A stretch of DNA of 64,000 nucleotides. Origin: Flectonema sp. DT1601. Its lineage: Eukaryota. Location of the stretch: NCBI GenBank assembly GCA_964019425.1, contig OZ025782.1, positions 1,302,001 to 1,366,000 on the forward strand, in the 5' to 3' direction. Under the pieces are notes generated by a model. The model saw nothing but the letters and a program-made list of their open reading frames with translations. It had not been told where the DNA came from and searched no databases. A program made the position numbers and the translations under genes. Positions 43,901-58,900 of the stretch are shown piece by piece; positions within the stretch are counted from its first letter, which is position 1; each line of letters opens with the position of its first letter.

Positions 43901-46900
43901 ATGCACACGAGCTGCTGAATCTCTTGCACTGGGTAACTCCTTCATCGCAAGTGTTTTTGTTGGTGTCCCACACGCACTCGTCTGTTGCATCGCAAGACGT
44001 CTTGTCCTTGTTCACTCGGCACACCTTCACTCCGCAGTGTGCCGGTGAGTGTGCTGTCTTCCACTCACAGTTGTCATCCCCCGCGCAAACTCTCTCGTTG
44101 GTATGTGGAACGCATTCCTTCGGCGTGCATGCGTTACCTTCCCACGTGCAGTCGTACGAGTGCTTGTCGCAGATCGCCTGCGTAGTGTACGGAACGCACG
44201 GCTTCTCAACGCAGCTTGAGATTACGTCGTCCCACTGGCAGATGCTCTTCTGCTCGCACGCTGTCTGGTCAGGGGCGTTACACTTCTTCTCAGTGCACTT
44301 GTCTTGATCTGCCGCCTCCTCATCGAACTGGCAGCCGAACGGATCGGCAAGACAGTTGTCTTCGGTGGTCGCCGTACAAGGTGGCAGTCTGCACACTGAA
44401 TCATCATCATACCAACGGCACGCTTCATTCGAGTACTGCATCATTTCGCACGCTGCCTTTGTAGTCGCCGAACACTCAACAACGCGGCCACACTCACCGA
44501 AAGCTGTATCCCAAACACACCCAGCAGCGCTGCACTTAGCCTCTGAACACTCGGTGTGGCAAGTAGACCATTCGCACACTAGCGATGTGGCGTTCCAATC
44601 ACAGGCTGCTTCCCCGTAGCAAGCTCTCTCCGTCGAGAATGCTCCACAAGGGAGGTGATGTCCCTCCAGTTCTTGGTAATTCAAAATAACCTTTCCGAAT
44701 TTGCTATTTGGGTTACAGATGTCAACCAACACTTCGCTCGAGAAGTCATCGAGTGGGATATTTACGTAGTGGTCTGCCTTTGGCTCGGAAACGATGCTGC
44801 TGAGCACCGCCTCTGCCTCAAGATCGATCTGCGAATGCGCGTCGAACCTCCTCAGCACCACTCCAAACACTTCAACCCCCTGTCCTCCAAGAGCCGCTCT
44901 TGCCGATCCCAGCTCCGCAGCATCGTGGATTTTTCCGTCGGTTACGATAAGGAGCACCTTACGGCGCCCAGCAGGGCTACCCTGGAACAGGTTAGCCGCA
45001 AAGTCCAGAGCCTGCGAAATGTATGTCGACTCCATCGCGTAGCTCTGTTCGTGGTAGTCGAGGTCTGCAGAAAGCTCAGCAACAACACCAGAAAACCTTC
45101 CACCAGTTCCAGTTCCCGCAGGTGCCCGGATGGCAGATTTTGGTGCCGAGAACTGAATAAATCCAACACGGAGACCCCCGGCGTTTGCTGTCGTTGTTCC
45201 AGCTTGCTCTAAGCTCAACGGCAGGGTCTTCACCCAGTCACGAAGCTGCTCTACCATCGCGTAAAATCCGTGTGGGTGGCGACCGAACGTCTGACTCATC
45301 GAACCAGAACCGTCGAACACAACGGCGATGTCCATCACTGGGCATCCTCCAAATGTCCCTTCCAAGCATGCTGAGCGTTTCGCATCCCACGTGCATCGGT
45401 CGACCGCCTTGCAGCCACAGCCATCCTTCAAATCCGAGCACTTCAACTCAACGCATGCATTGCCAGACCACTTGCACTTTTCAGCATCCGCTTCACAAGG
45501 CACCTGCGTGTGCTTGGAGCAGTACTTCTGAGAGCAACCAGGTGGGGAATTATCAGTGTTCCAGTGACAAGCATCGTCGTGGTCGCATGTCTTTTCGTCA
45601 GGATGTGGTGTACACTTCAGTGGCACGCACTTAGATGTCTCCGTTTTCCATTCGCAACGCTTCGCGTCCTGTAAGCATTCGGTCTGACTGGTCGCCTGAC
45701 ATGGGATTTCAACACAAGGAGCAAACGCCATCATTCCACGGATGTTTGAATCCCAGGTACACGCTGCATCTACATTGCAAGCATCTTGAGATGTGTACGT
45801 GCACGGACGGACCACACAAGCATCCCGATCGCTCTGCCATTCGCATCCCACAAGGTCTTCAACGCATCCAGATTCGGATTCGTGCTGACATTTTTTCTTC
45901 TCGCATTTCGCCTCGTTTGCGTTCCAGTCACAGCCAGGATCAACCGAGCACTCTGACACGTCGGTGTATGAGCAGATTGGCTGCTTAAAGCAGCTGTCAT
46001 CTTTCCAGGCACACAAGTTTGCATGATCTTCAGTGCATGTAGTCTCGTCACAATGCGTGACACAACCAGAATCCGCACACGAGAGCAGACGGTCGCTCCA
46101 TCTGCACGACAAGTCGACGTCACAGGCGTTCTTCTCGAGGTGCATTGGACAAGGAATTGACGCAGACGAAGAACCCGTAGCCGACTTGGCAATCAGCGCA
46201 CCGAACTGTTTATGTGGGTCACACAGAGCCCACAAGATTGAGTCCAGCTCGTCGATTGTCGCGTCCTCGAAATGCTCGTCCTGCACCGTTGTGGTGATTG
46301 ACTTTAGCTCTTCTCTTGCGTTCGAGCTCGCCGAATCGAATGCCACTGTCGGTCTCAGTAAGATACCAAAGGTCTTCACCTGCATACCGAGCAGCGTCCT
46401 CAGGTTCTGCACTGTTGCTGTTGTAGCTGCGTCCTTCAGTTCGCTGTCTGTCAGCACCAATAAAACTCTCTTTCTTGTCACAGTTGCCAACATTCCCTTG
46501 GTCAGGTCCAACGCACTCTTAATGTACGCGCGGTCCGTACCTACGATGTTTTTCTCGTGGAAGTCGAGATCAATCAGCAATTCACTGAGATCTCCCGTTA
46601 CGTGTCCCTCACTTCCGACCTTGTTCGGTGACTTAATCGCTCCAGCTTCAGCGGCAAACTGCACTACTCCTACTCTAACCCCCTGGGTAGGACTGTCTCT
46701 GAACATCTTTCCTGGCGTTCCCGAAAGCGGAATACTCTTCACCCAGTCACGAATCTTCTCAACCATCGCGTAGTATCCATTCGGGTGTCTGCTGAATGCT
46801 CCTTGCATCGAAGTCGTGGAGTCAATGGCGATGACAATATCCATCAATGGACATCCTCCGAACTGGCCGGTCACACACTCGTTCTTCGAACCATCCCAGA

Positions 46901-49900
46901 AACACCCGAGATCCTTGTTGCACGGACACGGCATCGTAATCTTCGTACAGTTCTTATCAATGCATTTGTTCATTGACGAGTCCCAACCGCACTTCAGCTC
47001 AGGGTCAGTCGAACAGCTTCCTTGCTCAGTGAACTTGCTACAGTACTTGACCTTGCAAATCGATGGAGACTCGTCGACTGACCAGTGACACTTGTCATCG
47101 TGATTGCACGTCACTTCATCCGCGTGGGTCGCGCATTCACAGCACCACGCGTTAGTTTCGCAAGTCTGTGAATTACAGCGGTCTTTCACGCACAACTTCT
47201 CCTCTGCCTTCCATGAACAACTCTCGGCAGTCGCCTGGGTGCACGCCGATTCATTCGTGTACGTGCAATCCGTTTTAGTGCACACCATATCGTGCGTATC
47301 CCACTCACATCCTACTGGATCTGTTGAGCAACTGTCCTCGGACTTGTGGTTGCACTTCTTCTCTTGGCAACTGGAACCATCCCACTGGCAGCCATTCTCC
47401 GTGTCCGCAACGCACGGTGTTTCTGTAGCATGCGTAGGGCAAACTGGCTGCCTCGAGCAGGACTTTCCATCCCACCCGCAGAAGTCGTCGGTGGCAGCTG
47501 TGCAGTTATTCTCATTACATCCAAACGACAAACATGGAGAGTTAACGCATCCAAGAAGAGATTCCGACCACACGCACCACGTGTCAGCCAAGCAAACTCC
47601 GGCTGATGCATGCACAGCACACGGCTGGTGCTCCGCTCCTTCACGCTTCGCGATCAGAGCTCCAAACTTCTTTGCAGGATCACAAATGGCATCAAATACT
47701 TCAGTTACCAGATCGTCCAACTTCAAGTTCAAGAAGTGATTGTCAGTTGGTAGGGACACTATCGGCTTTAGCGCGAACTCTGCGTCGATGTCCTCCTGAG
47801 TTCTCGTATTGAGGCGACGAATCACTACTCCAAAGGTCTGAACTGACAAGGCATCCAATGATCCACGTGCGGCCTTCAACCTGTCCGCATCGTTCAGCTT
47901 TCCATCTGTGATCAGGATCAAAACGCGCTTCCTCGTCGAAGGCGAGGCCCTGAAGATTTCCACCGCGTGCTCAAGGGCTCCCTGAACGAAGGTGCGACCG
48001 GCCATTTGATTCTTGTTGTGGTAAACAATGTCCTTCTCCAACTCTGACAAGCTTCCGGACAAAAGTCCGTTCGCTGTTCCAGCAAAACCAGCCGTCGTTC
48101 TCGGCGCCCCAGGAGTCGAGAACTGGACGAACCCAACACGCATGCCCGTTGCCTTAGTATTTTCCTTCGCCGTGTACGAGTCGCCGTTCAGCGGAAGTTT
48201 CTTCACCCAGTCCTTTAGGAACGTGGTGAGCGCCTCGTATCCGTGAGGGTGGCGTCCAAATGCCTGGCTCATCGATCCCGATCCATCGAACACTATTGCT
48301 ACATCAAGAGGTGGACAAGCTCCAAACAATGAAGTCACACACTCATCCGAAGCCGAGCTCCAGAAGCATCCGGACTCTTCTTGGCACTCACACTGTTTTC
48401 CGTTGAAACGGTCGCACCTCGATTCCATGCAACTGTCCTGCTGGGAGTCCCACGCACACGCCACATCTCCATCACAGTCGTTCTGCTGTGTCCAGCGTGC
48501 GCAGTAGGTTTCTGTGCAGTATGCCGGTGATGAGTCCACGTTCCAGGTGCAGGCCACGTTGGTGTGGCACGATGACTCATCCAGGTATTTGGCACAAGGG
48601 CGCTCAATACACTTAGCGTTTTCCCACTTACACTGCTTGTCGCCAACGCAAATATCCATTACTACGTGCTGACACGGCTTCTCACTGCACACCGAGGCAA
48701 CCTGGTCCCAGGTGCACTCCGTGTCTGCCAGGCAGTCTTGCGAAGTAGTGTAGCTGCACTTCTTCAACGTACACTTATCCTGAACCCAGTGGCATTCATC
48801 CTCTGTGTCACTAATGCATGCCACTTCAGTAATGTGCTTACATGGGCGCGGCTCGCATCGGTCCTTAGGCCACCAGCATGCGGGGTCCAGTCCACAATCG
48901 TTCGAGTTCGTTGCCGCACACACCTTTGTTTTTCCACATGAGTGGTCATTGGCGTCGTACTTGCACAACAGATCCTTATCGGCAGAGGTGCACAAATCTT
49001 CCGAGCAAAGCTGCAGGCAAGGAGTGTTCGCGCACCTCACCAAACTGTCATCCCACTGGCAACCCGAGTCGCGATTGCATTCTGCTGAGTTGTGATGGAA
49101 GTCGCACGGAAGGTGTGAGTCGGTAGTCTTTAGGTCTACTAACCACGTTCCCCATGGGGTACTAGGGTTGCACCACTTCTCGAATACGTTGTCTTGCAAT
49201 TCATCAATCATATAGTTTGCAAAGTGCGTCTCCTGTGGCTCCGTCACCAGCGGTTTCAGTGACGACTCTGCCTCCAGGTCACTGGTCTCGTGGAGGTGAT
49301 GCTTCCTAATTACGATACCGACTGTGTGTATTCCCATGGCGTCCAGTTTGGACTTTGCGAGTGAGGTCTGGTCAGAGTCTTCAATTTTGCTGTCGATAAT
49401 CACCATCAGTACCTTCTTCCTTCCATCGTTTGGTGCTTTAGATAGCAATCCAGCAGCAATGTCGAATGACTCGGCAAGGAAGGTTCCCTCTCCCATGAAG
49501 TTTTTCTCTTGCCAGTCCAAATCCCCAGTCAACTCCGGCAGGTAGCCAGACAGCCTTCCAGCTGCCCTTCCTTTACCTGTCGGTGCTGAAAGCGACGATC
49601 CCTTCACTACGCCGTTTACCTTTCTGTTTTCGTTTCCACTGAACTGGATGAACGCGATTCTAGTCAGTCCCTTAGCGTAATCAGTTCCGTTGCGATCAGC
49701 TCTTCCGTAGTCGTTAGCGAGCGGAAGCAGGAGTGACCAGTCCCGAATCATCTCTAGTAGCGCCGCGTATCCGCGCGGGTGACGTCCGAATGACTCTGCC
49801 ATCGAACGCGATCCGTCGAACAACACTACGATATCCATCGTCGGACACGCTCCGTAGTGCACGTCTACGCAAACGTTGTCGTGCCAGAAGCACTCCGGGT

Positions 49901-52900
49901 TGCTGTTGCACGCACAGTGTACCTTATCTGTGTCCGTCGAGTCCTTGGCATAGTCCCCGCACTTCTTTTCCGAACACGTCGAGAAGTCCCAGTGGCAAGC
50001 CGGTTCGTTGTTGCAACTGGTAGCATCTCCATACCTCGAGCAGAACCTTTCCTTACATTTTCCAGGGGCCACTGCCGCGTCCCACTCGCACACCAGGTCT
50101 TCGTGGCACGTTATCTCGTCCGCGTGCCCGACGCAAGGCTTTTCCTGACACACGTTTGCTGTCGTATTCATCTCACACCACTGTTTGTTGTTCTCGTCTT
50201 CAACACAGCAAGTTGAGTTGCTTCCGCATGACACACACCTTCTCGGCTTACAGATCAATCCGTGTGTATCCCACTCACAGATCTCACTCATCGTGTTACA
50301 GTCATCATTCGTCTTCAGCGTCTTACATGGCTCAGGGCTACAGATCTGCTGCAGCGAGTCAAACGTACATCCCTCAGGGTCGGCAAGACAAGCATCTTCG
50401 TCGTCGTGAACGCACGGCTTCTCAACACATGTATCATTCTTCCACACGCACTCATTGTCCTGTTTGCAATCTCCCTCGTTTGCGTGTGCGCACAACTTTG
50501 ATTTCCAGCATACGCTCTCAGTGGCGTTCCACTCACAGTGGTTGCCCACATCACCATTGCATTGGGTGCTGTTGCAATGCTGGAAGCAAGGAGTGTTTCC
50601 GCACACTTGCGCCGAATCTCCCCAGGCACATGCCTTCTCCTGGTTGCACACACCCTTCGAAGGGAACTGATCGCAAGGCACCGCTCCCGATGGAAGCCCG
50701 ATGCTTCCGCTCCCCGTGCCGGCGACGAACTTACCCCACTTGCTCGCAGGGTCGCACAGACCTGTTAGCACCTCTGTTGGCACCTCGTCGAGCATCAAAC
50801 TCAAGAAGTGCTCATCAGCAGGGGCGGAGACCACTGGCTTTAGCGCTGCCTCTGCGTCGATGTCTTCCTGTGTCCTCGCCGAAAAACGACGCACCGCGAT
50901 ACCAAACACCAACACCTGCTGCTGCTTAAGAGTACTCTTGACTCCAGAGAGCTTGTCTCCGTCCATCAGTACTCCATCTGTGATAATAATGATGATCTTT
51001 CTACGTCCATCAACTGGAGAATCCTGAGCAAACATATTGGAAGCCATGACGAGTCCCTCCTCGATGAAGGTTAGTTGCTTCATGTAGTTATCCTCATGCC
51101 ACTCGATGTCAGCCTGTAGCTGCGTCAGGTCTCCGCTCAAGCGCCCGTTGGTACCAACACCTGGAGGTGTGCGCTGTGCCGAGTTCACAACTCCGCCGGT
51201 AGGTCCAGTGCTTCCAGCTAATCCACTGAACTGGACGAATCCAACACGTACTCCTCCACTTGGTACCGACTTCGAACCGACAGTTGAATCCTCACCGCTG
51301 AGAGGAAGAGTCTTTACCCAATCGCGGATCATCTCCATCATCGCGTAAAATCCGTGTGGGTGGCGACCGAAGCTCTGACTCATTGACCCAGAACCGTCAA
51401 GAACAAGAGCCACATCGAGGGTCGGGCATTTACCGTACGCTTGCTCTTCACATCTTCCACGTCCACCAGTGTTGCTCCAGAAGCAGGTTGGGTCCTGCTG
51501 ACAATCGCATCTCTCTGGGATCTTGTGACACGTCTTCTCTACGCACACGTCGTTCTCCCACAGACATCCGGAGTCCGCTTCGCACATCGGCTGGTCGCTG
51601 TATTTGGCACAGCGCTTGAGTTGGCAGCTTCCAGGGGAAGTGCTCGTGTCCCAGTGGCAGCGGCGATCAGCGTCACACGACTTGTCCTCAGTGTACTCGA
51701 CGCAAGGGCGCACTGTGCAAGTCTGGTTCGATGTCTGCCAATCACACAAGGCGTCAACGCGGCATTCTACTTCCGTCGTGTATGCGCACTTTGTCTGCAC
51801 ACAAGTGTTATCTCCTGTCCATTTGCAGCTGTTCTCGGTATCCTGCTGGCATACATCCTGTGATCGGTAGTTTACGCAAGGCATCACTACACAAGTTGCC
51901 GGGTCCTTCCACAAGCACGTCGTCTCGGTGTCCGCCAAACAACTGCCTTCGGTCGTATGATGGCACCTCTTTTCGCTGCAGTCCGAAGCAGTAGCGTTCC
52001 ATTCGCAACCCTCTTCCGATTCGCAAGCGACGATGTTGTCCCCTCCGCATACTTCCTCGCGGTAGCAGGTCTTCTCCTGGTCGTTCCACCCTCCGACGCA
52101 TCCGTTTGTCAGGTCGCCGTTACAGGCCGCTTCTGAGCAGTGGACCACGCAAGGTGAGTTTACGCATCCCAGGAGGGTCTCAGACCACACGCATCCGACG
52201 TCGGACATACAGCTGGTCTTGCCTTCGTACTTCCTACATGGCTGGTGTTCGCCGCCGACAGGCTGTAATGCAAGGGCACTACCCCAACCGGTTGCAGGGT
52301 CGCACATCTTTGTGAGCGGGCCGTTTTCGTCGGCTAACTCGTCCATGTCAACGTTTTTAAAGTGGTCAACGTGTGGGTCCGAGGTGATTGGCTTGAGCAC
52401 CTCCTCAGCATCGGAATCCAATTGCGTGTGAGTCGCAAAGCGGCGCACTACAATACCGAACACTTCGACCTGCTGAGAGCTCAGCTTTGCCTGCGCAGAT
52501 GCGAGTAGGTTCTTGTCCTGGATCGCTCCATCCGTGATGATGAAGAGCGCGCGTTTTCTACCGTCAAGGGGAGAGTCCTGGAAGATTCCGACCGCCATGT
52601 CGAGACCAGCTCTGATATACGTACCCTGCCCCATGTAATTCGCCTCGTGCCATGAAAGGTCCGCCAACAACTCTGTCGCGTCCCCGGACAATCTACCTGC
52701 AGTTCCGACGTTGCTTGGCGTTTTGAGAGCTGATCCCGGGATTGGTCCGGTCACTGGTGACCCACTATCTTGTGGAACTCCACTGAACTGAACGAATGCT
52801 ACTCTTGTCTTGCGGTTCACAGTCGAAGTCGTTCCTGCCGCCTGGCCGCTGAGAGGAAGCCCCTGTACCCAGGTCTTCAGCATCTCAACCTCTGCGAAGT

Positions 52901-55900
52901 AGCCGTGTGGATGGCGTCCAAAAGCCTTGCTCATCGATCCAGATCCGTCGAACAACACAACGAGGTCGAGGGTTGGACAAGTTCCATAGCGCGTATCCAC
53001 GCACGCCTGCTCGGATGGAATCCAGAAGCAGTCAGGGTCGTTGTGGCACGCACAAGGGTCTGAAGACAACTTTTCGCACACCTTTGTTACGCAAGAGTTG
53101 CCTTCAGTTAAACATTTCGCATCCGCGTCACAGGTCGCCTTATTACAACCCTTCTTCGTGCAGTGCCTCCTGCAGTACTTCTCATTACAAATACCTGGAG
53201 CAATTGAAGTGTCCCACTCGCAAATCACGTCCCCGTTGCACTCCTTCTCGCTTGAGTACTGCTTACATGGAGCCGTCTCGCACAATTCGCCCCCGGCGAT
53301 CTGCTTGACCCACTCGCACAATCCTGGAGTCGTTGGCTTCTGCAAGCAATCTTCCTTGTTCAAGTAAGGACTGCATTTCTTAAGTTCGCAGTATTTAGCG
53401 TCCGTGTTCCACGTGCAGTTCAGGTCCTGCTCGCACGTTGGTATCGTGTCATACGTGCACGGCCTGTTTCCACAGGTTTGCGCAAGGTTGTTCCACTCAC
53501 AAGGGTCAGGGTCTGCCAAACATCCTTGTTCGTTGTCATGCTCACACTTCTTGCCGATGCAAGTCGTACCATCCTTGGCTACCTCACACTTGTCTTCCTT
53601 TTCGCAACGCGCCGTCGGAAAGTTGCATACTTCTTCCTTCATGCACGCGCCTCCCTCCCACAAGCACTGGTTCGGCCAGTCTGCCGTACAGTTAGCCTCC
53701 TTGCAGTGCTTCAGACACGGAGAGTCGCCACACGACAGTGTCTCGTCGAACCACACGCAGTGAGACTGCTTGTTGCAAGGGTCCTTCTCTGCTACTGTTG
53801 GGCAAGGAAGCACCTCATCCGAAACATCAGCGACGTAGCGTCCCCACACATGGCCTGGCTCGCAGATTCCATTCAGTGCCGCAGCCAACTCGTCAACTAG
53901 GATGTTCTGGAAATGCGCAGCCCGTGGTGCGGTTACAATTTGCTTCAAAGTCTCCTCTGCCTTGAGGTCGACGGCCGTGCGTGTTGAAAATGGTCGAATC
54001 ACTGCTCCAAAGATTCTTACCTGCGCTTGGTCAAGCTCAGCCATCGCCTGGCCGTACGCGTCCTTGTCGACAAGCTCCCCGTCGGTGACAATGATGAGGA
54101 CCTTTCTCCTTCCGTCAACTGGGGACGAACGGAATAAGCTCACAGCCTTCTCAAGCCCAGCTAACAGGTAAGTCTGCTGGGTTGCTGGCTGTGTCACAAC
54201 GCTTGCCCCGAGGAACGCTTGCATGTGGTACTTTGCATCATCGTTAATCTCCGCCAAAGAACCGGTCAAACTGCCCGCACTTCCTGTTCCTTTAGGCGAG
54301 AAGGTTGCCTGTCTAGCATCACCTGGTAACCACTTGCTGCTTCCCGCGAACTGTACCATCGCGAGACGCACGGTCTTCGTGTCAGCCAAAGGTGTTTGTC
54401 CAGCGGCATTTTTGCTCAGCGGCAAAGTAGCTGCCCAGTCCTTCACCACTTCAACAAGGGCGTAGAATCCATTCGGATGGCGTCCAAATGCTCTGCTCAT
54501 CGACGCACCTCCGTCCAGAAGGAGCACAACGTCGAGAGTTGGGCAAGTTCCATAACGTTGGAAGGTACAGTGTGAGTCTGCTGACTTAGCATAGAAGCAG
54601 TCGGCATCTCCCTCGCATCGGCACTTGTCCATCTTACCGCAGTCTTTCTCTATGCACTTGCCCGATTCCCACATGCATTCGTCCTCTCCTTCGCACCCAT
54701 TTTGATCAAACTTCCTGCAAGGAAGTTGGGCACATACGGCAGGTGATTGTTGCACGTCCCAGTGACATCCGTCGAATGAGTTACAGCATTTCTCCCCTGG
54801 GTACAGCACACATGGCTTGGCTGAGCAACTTCCGCTGTTCCAATCGCAACGCGAGTCAGCAGTGCATGCCGTCTCAGCTGTCGCTACACACAGCCTTTCG
54901 ACACAAGCATCATCGGCGCTACTGCCCGGACACTGGTCCCACTCACAACCTGCTGCATTGCAGCTTGACTCATCCGTGTGCTGGCAAGGGGTCAAAACAC
55001 AATTCTGAGTACCTGTTTCCCACGTGCAGTCGAACTCTGTGTCAGCTAGACAGCTGTTTTCGTCCGGGTGCAAGCATGGCTTCTCTCCGCACACAGTTTG
55101 GTTCCATGCACACATTGGGTCCTGGTTGCAGTCCTGCAAATTCGTGTGCGGGCAGATCTCCTTCTTGTAGCAAACTTGCTCCTGCGAGTTCCAATTACAG
55201 TGGTTCGATTGGTCATTGTTGCACTCGGTTTCCAGACAGTGGCGAATGCAAGGTGTGTCCACGCATGCAGTAAGCACTTCCTGGTAAAGGCATCCGGGGT
55301 CACTGTCACACTTTGTCTTGTCCACGTAATTCTGACAAGGTTTGTGCACACCGGCTTGGCTCTGATCGACGACGTACTTGCCCCACAAACTGTTTGGATC
55401 ACACAGTCCATCAAGAGCTTCAGGGATCTCGCTGAGCAAAAGGTTCAGGTAGTGGTCCACCTGTGGCTGCGACGTGATCGGCTTCAGAGTCTCTTCTGCA
55501 AGGAGATCCAACTTTGTATGGGCAAGGAATCTCCTCACCACTATTCCAAAGGTGACCACTCCGGCAGTTTCAAGCCTTCCACGAGCAGGTTGCAGGATCT
55601 TGTCATCCAGGATAGCCCCATCTGTGAAGATCAATAGCACCTTCTTTCTCAAGCTGCCCGGAGATTCCTTGAACATGTCCGCCGCAGTGTCTAGCGCTGA
55701 AGCAATGTATGTTCCCCCCTGCATGTAGTTCGCCTCCTGCCACGTTAGCTCAGAGTCGAGCTCTGCCTTCAAACCTGTCAGCCTTCCGCTCGCGCCCACC
55801 TGCGCTGGAGATGTCTGTGCACCGTCTACGTTTCCATTTGGCAACTTGTTTGTAGGGATTCCACTGAACTGGACAAACCCGACACGCGCCTTACCGTCGA

Positions 55901-58900
55901 GGGACGGAGATCCCCCAGCAGGCACTCCACTCAGCGTCAGTGAACTCGTCCATGTCTTCAACATCTCCATTAGTCCGTAGAAACCGTGAGGGTGAACTCC
56001 GAAGCTCTGACTCATCGATCCTGAGCCGTCGACCAGTAACACAATATCCAGTGTTGGACACTCTCCAAACTTGGATTCCTTGCAAGTTCCCTTGTCCCAG
56101 TAGCAATCCCCGTCTTTGCGGCATCTGCACACTTCGAACTCACCGCAGTTCTTGTCGACGCAAGTGTCGTTCAGCCACATGCACGCACCGTCCTGGTCAC
56201 ACGATCCCTGCTCCCCATACCTTCTGCAGTACTTCACCTCACAGTCAGTTCCCCACGTGCACAAATCGTCCTCTCCGCAAGTCTTTTCGTCTGGGTGATG
56301 CTTACATGGCTTGAACGTACATGTGTTGTTCTTCCATTCACATGCGTTATCGTCCTTCTCCTCGCAATCAACTTGCTGTGTCCAGCGGCACCTAATCGGT
56401 TCACACAGATTTGCGTCGTTGTTCCATGTGCACTCAGTGTCGTTGTTGCAGAATACTGGTTCGAAGTACACGCATGGCTGTTTGTCGCAAGTCTTGCTGA
56501 TTTCGTCCCACAAGCAAGGCCCCTTAGGATCTGCAAGACATCCTTGTTGGTTGTCATGGTCGCAGATCTTTCCGATACACGTCTGTCGGTCAACGGGGTC
56601 GACTTGGCACTTTTTGTCATTTTCGCAGTCTGTGGTGTCTGCGTGATCGCAGATTTCCTCCTTACGGCACGCACCTAGAGTCTGGTTCCACACGCAGTGG
56701 TTCTCTTGGTCTGCCGTGCAGTTGGTATCCAGACAGTGTGCGAGGCACGGAGAGTCACCGCACGAAAGCGTGCGGTCAAACCAGACACATCCGTCGTCTT
56801 TGTTGCAAGGGTCCTTGCTCGAGTAAAGCGTGCACGCCACGCTCGAATCCGCGATGAATTTTCCCCACACATGGTTCGGATCGCACAGACCCTTGAGTGC
56901 TGATGCCACTTCGTCGATCTGAAGGCTCTGCAGGTGCTGGTCTTTCGGGTCAGACAAGGCTCCCAATAACGTCTCTTGAGTCTTCACGTCGTCAGCCGAT
57001 ACTGTGCCAAACGGTCTCACTGCTATTCCAAACACGTGTACCTGCGCCTGATCGAGGGCTGCTCTTGCTGCCGTGTACGAATCCTTGTCATTCAGCTCTC
57101 CATCTGACACAATGATCAGAACTCTCTTCCTTCCATCAAACGGAGAGGTCTGGAATAGGCTTACTGCTTTCTGCAAGGCTCCGAGCAAGTAAGTTTGCCT
57201 CACATCCGGTTGAGCTGTCGCACTCGCACCCATGAAGCTTCCTTCGTGGAAATCAGCGTCTGCCTTCACCTCGCTCAGCACTCCGCTCAGCCTTCCACCA
57301 GTTCCCGTTCCGGACGGGGACGACAGGGCTTGTTTTTCGTCACTCGAAGGCCACTGGGTGCTTCCTGCGAACTGTACCATCGCCAATCTGATGGCCTTGG
57401 TCTGCGGCATAGTCGTTGCGCCTGCAGCTTCTCCGCTTAGCGGGAGGGTTGCTGCCCAGTCCCTTACAACCTCCACCAACGCGTAGAACCCGTGTGGATG
57501 ACGTCCGAACGCACGGCTCATCGAAGCCCCTCCGTCTAAGAGTAGCACTACGTCGAGAGTTGGACACGTAGCGTAACGCTGGAACGTACAGTGCGAACCG
57601 CCATTCGCGGTAGTGAAAAAGCAGTCGGGATCAGCGTCGCAATCACACTTCTCAAACTCCCCGCAATCCTTTTCCAGGCACTTATTGTTTTTCCACATGC
57701 ACTCCCTCTCAGCATCGCATGCTACGTTGTCATCAAATTTCCTGCATGGTAGCTGCGCGCATACCGCAGGGGCTTGCTGCACATCCCAGTGACACCCGTC
57801 TTTTTGGTTACAGCACTTCTCGTCAGGGTACACCGCGCACAACCTTCTCGAGCAGCTCTGCTGGCTCCACTTACACAGTACATCCTTAGAACACTCCGTC
57901 TCTTCAGCGTGCTGGCAAGGGATAGCTTCGCAGCTGGCGTCTCCACAGGCTTCGTTCCACTCGCAGCCAGGCTCCTGGTTGCAGTTCGTCTTGTCCACAG
58001 CCTGACATGGGGTTTGGGTACACGTTCCGTTCACCGTGTCCCACGTGCACTTGAAAGTACTGTCTGCGATACAACTCGATTCATCCGGGTGCAGACAAGG
58101 AGTGTCAATGCATTCATTTGTCGTTGCGTTCCACGAACACTTGTCGTTCTGGTTGCACGCGTTCGAATCAAGGATCCCTGGACACACTTCCTTGTTGAAG
58201 CACTCCAGAACTGTCGTGTTCCACCTGCAGTCAGTCGAGTTTGCACATTGATTTTCGGTGCAGTGCTTAACACACGGAGAGTCCAAGCAAGCGATCAGCA
58301 CATCCGACCAGATGCATCCCATATCCGCCGAACACGGTATCTTGTTATCATAGTTTGGGCAAGGGCGATGTACTCCAGCCTGCTGTGCCTGTGTCGCTGC
58401 CTGATCGACGATGAGGTGTCCCCACGGACCATTTGGGTCACAGATTCCATTCAGCGCCTGGTCTGGGATCTGGTCGATCAACAGATTCAAGAAGTGGTCG
58501 TCGTGTGGATCCGAAGTGATTGGCTTCAGCGAATCCTCTGCCGCAACGTCGCTCGCTGTCAGTTGATCTGTTCTCCTGACTACGATACCGAACGTCTGCA
58601 CATCCATTCCCTCAAGGTCTTTTACTACCTGCGCAAGCTTGTCGTCGTCTTGAATCTTTCCGTCGGTGATGATGATTAACACTCTCTTTCTTCCATCGAC
58701 AGGCGATGAGGTCTTGAATATGCTACCAGCGCGCACCATTGCCTTCTCGATGTACGTTCCGGCTTCGAGGTAGTTTGCTTCATGCCAGTCGACATCATCT
58801 GACAGCTCTGAAAGATCTCCCGTCAAGCGCCCGCCGGCACCGACTCCCACTGGCGGGAACGCAACCGAGTTTACGATGTTCGATGAAGGGACTAAGAACT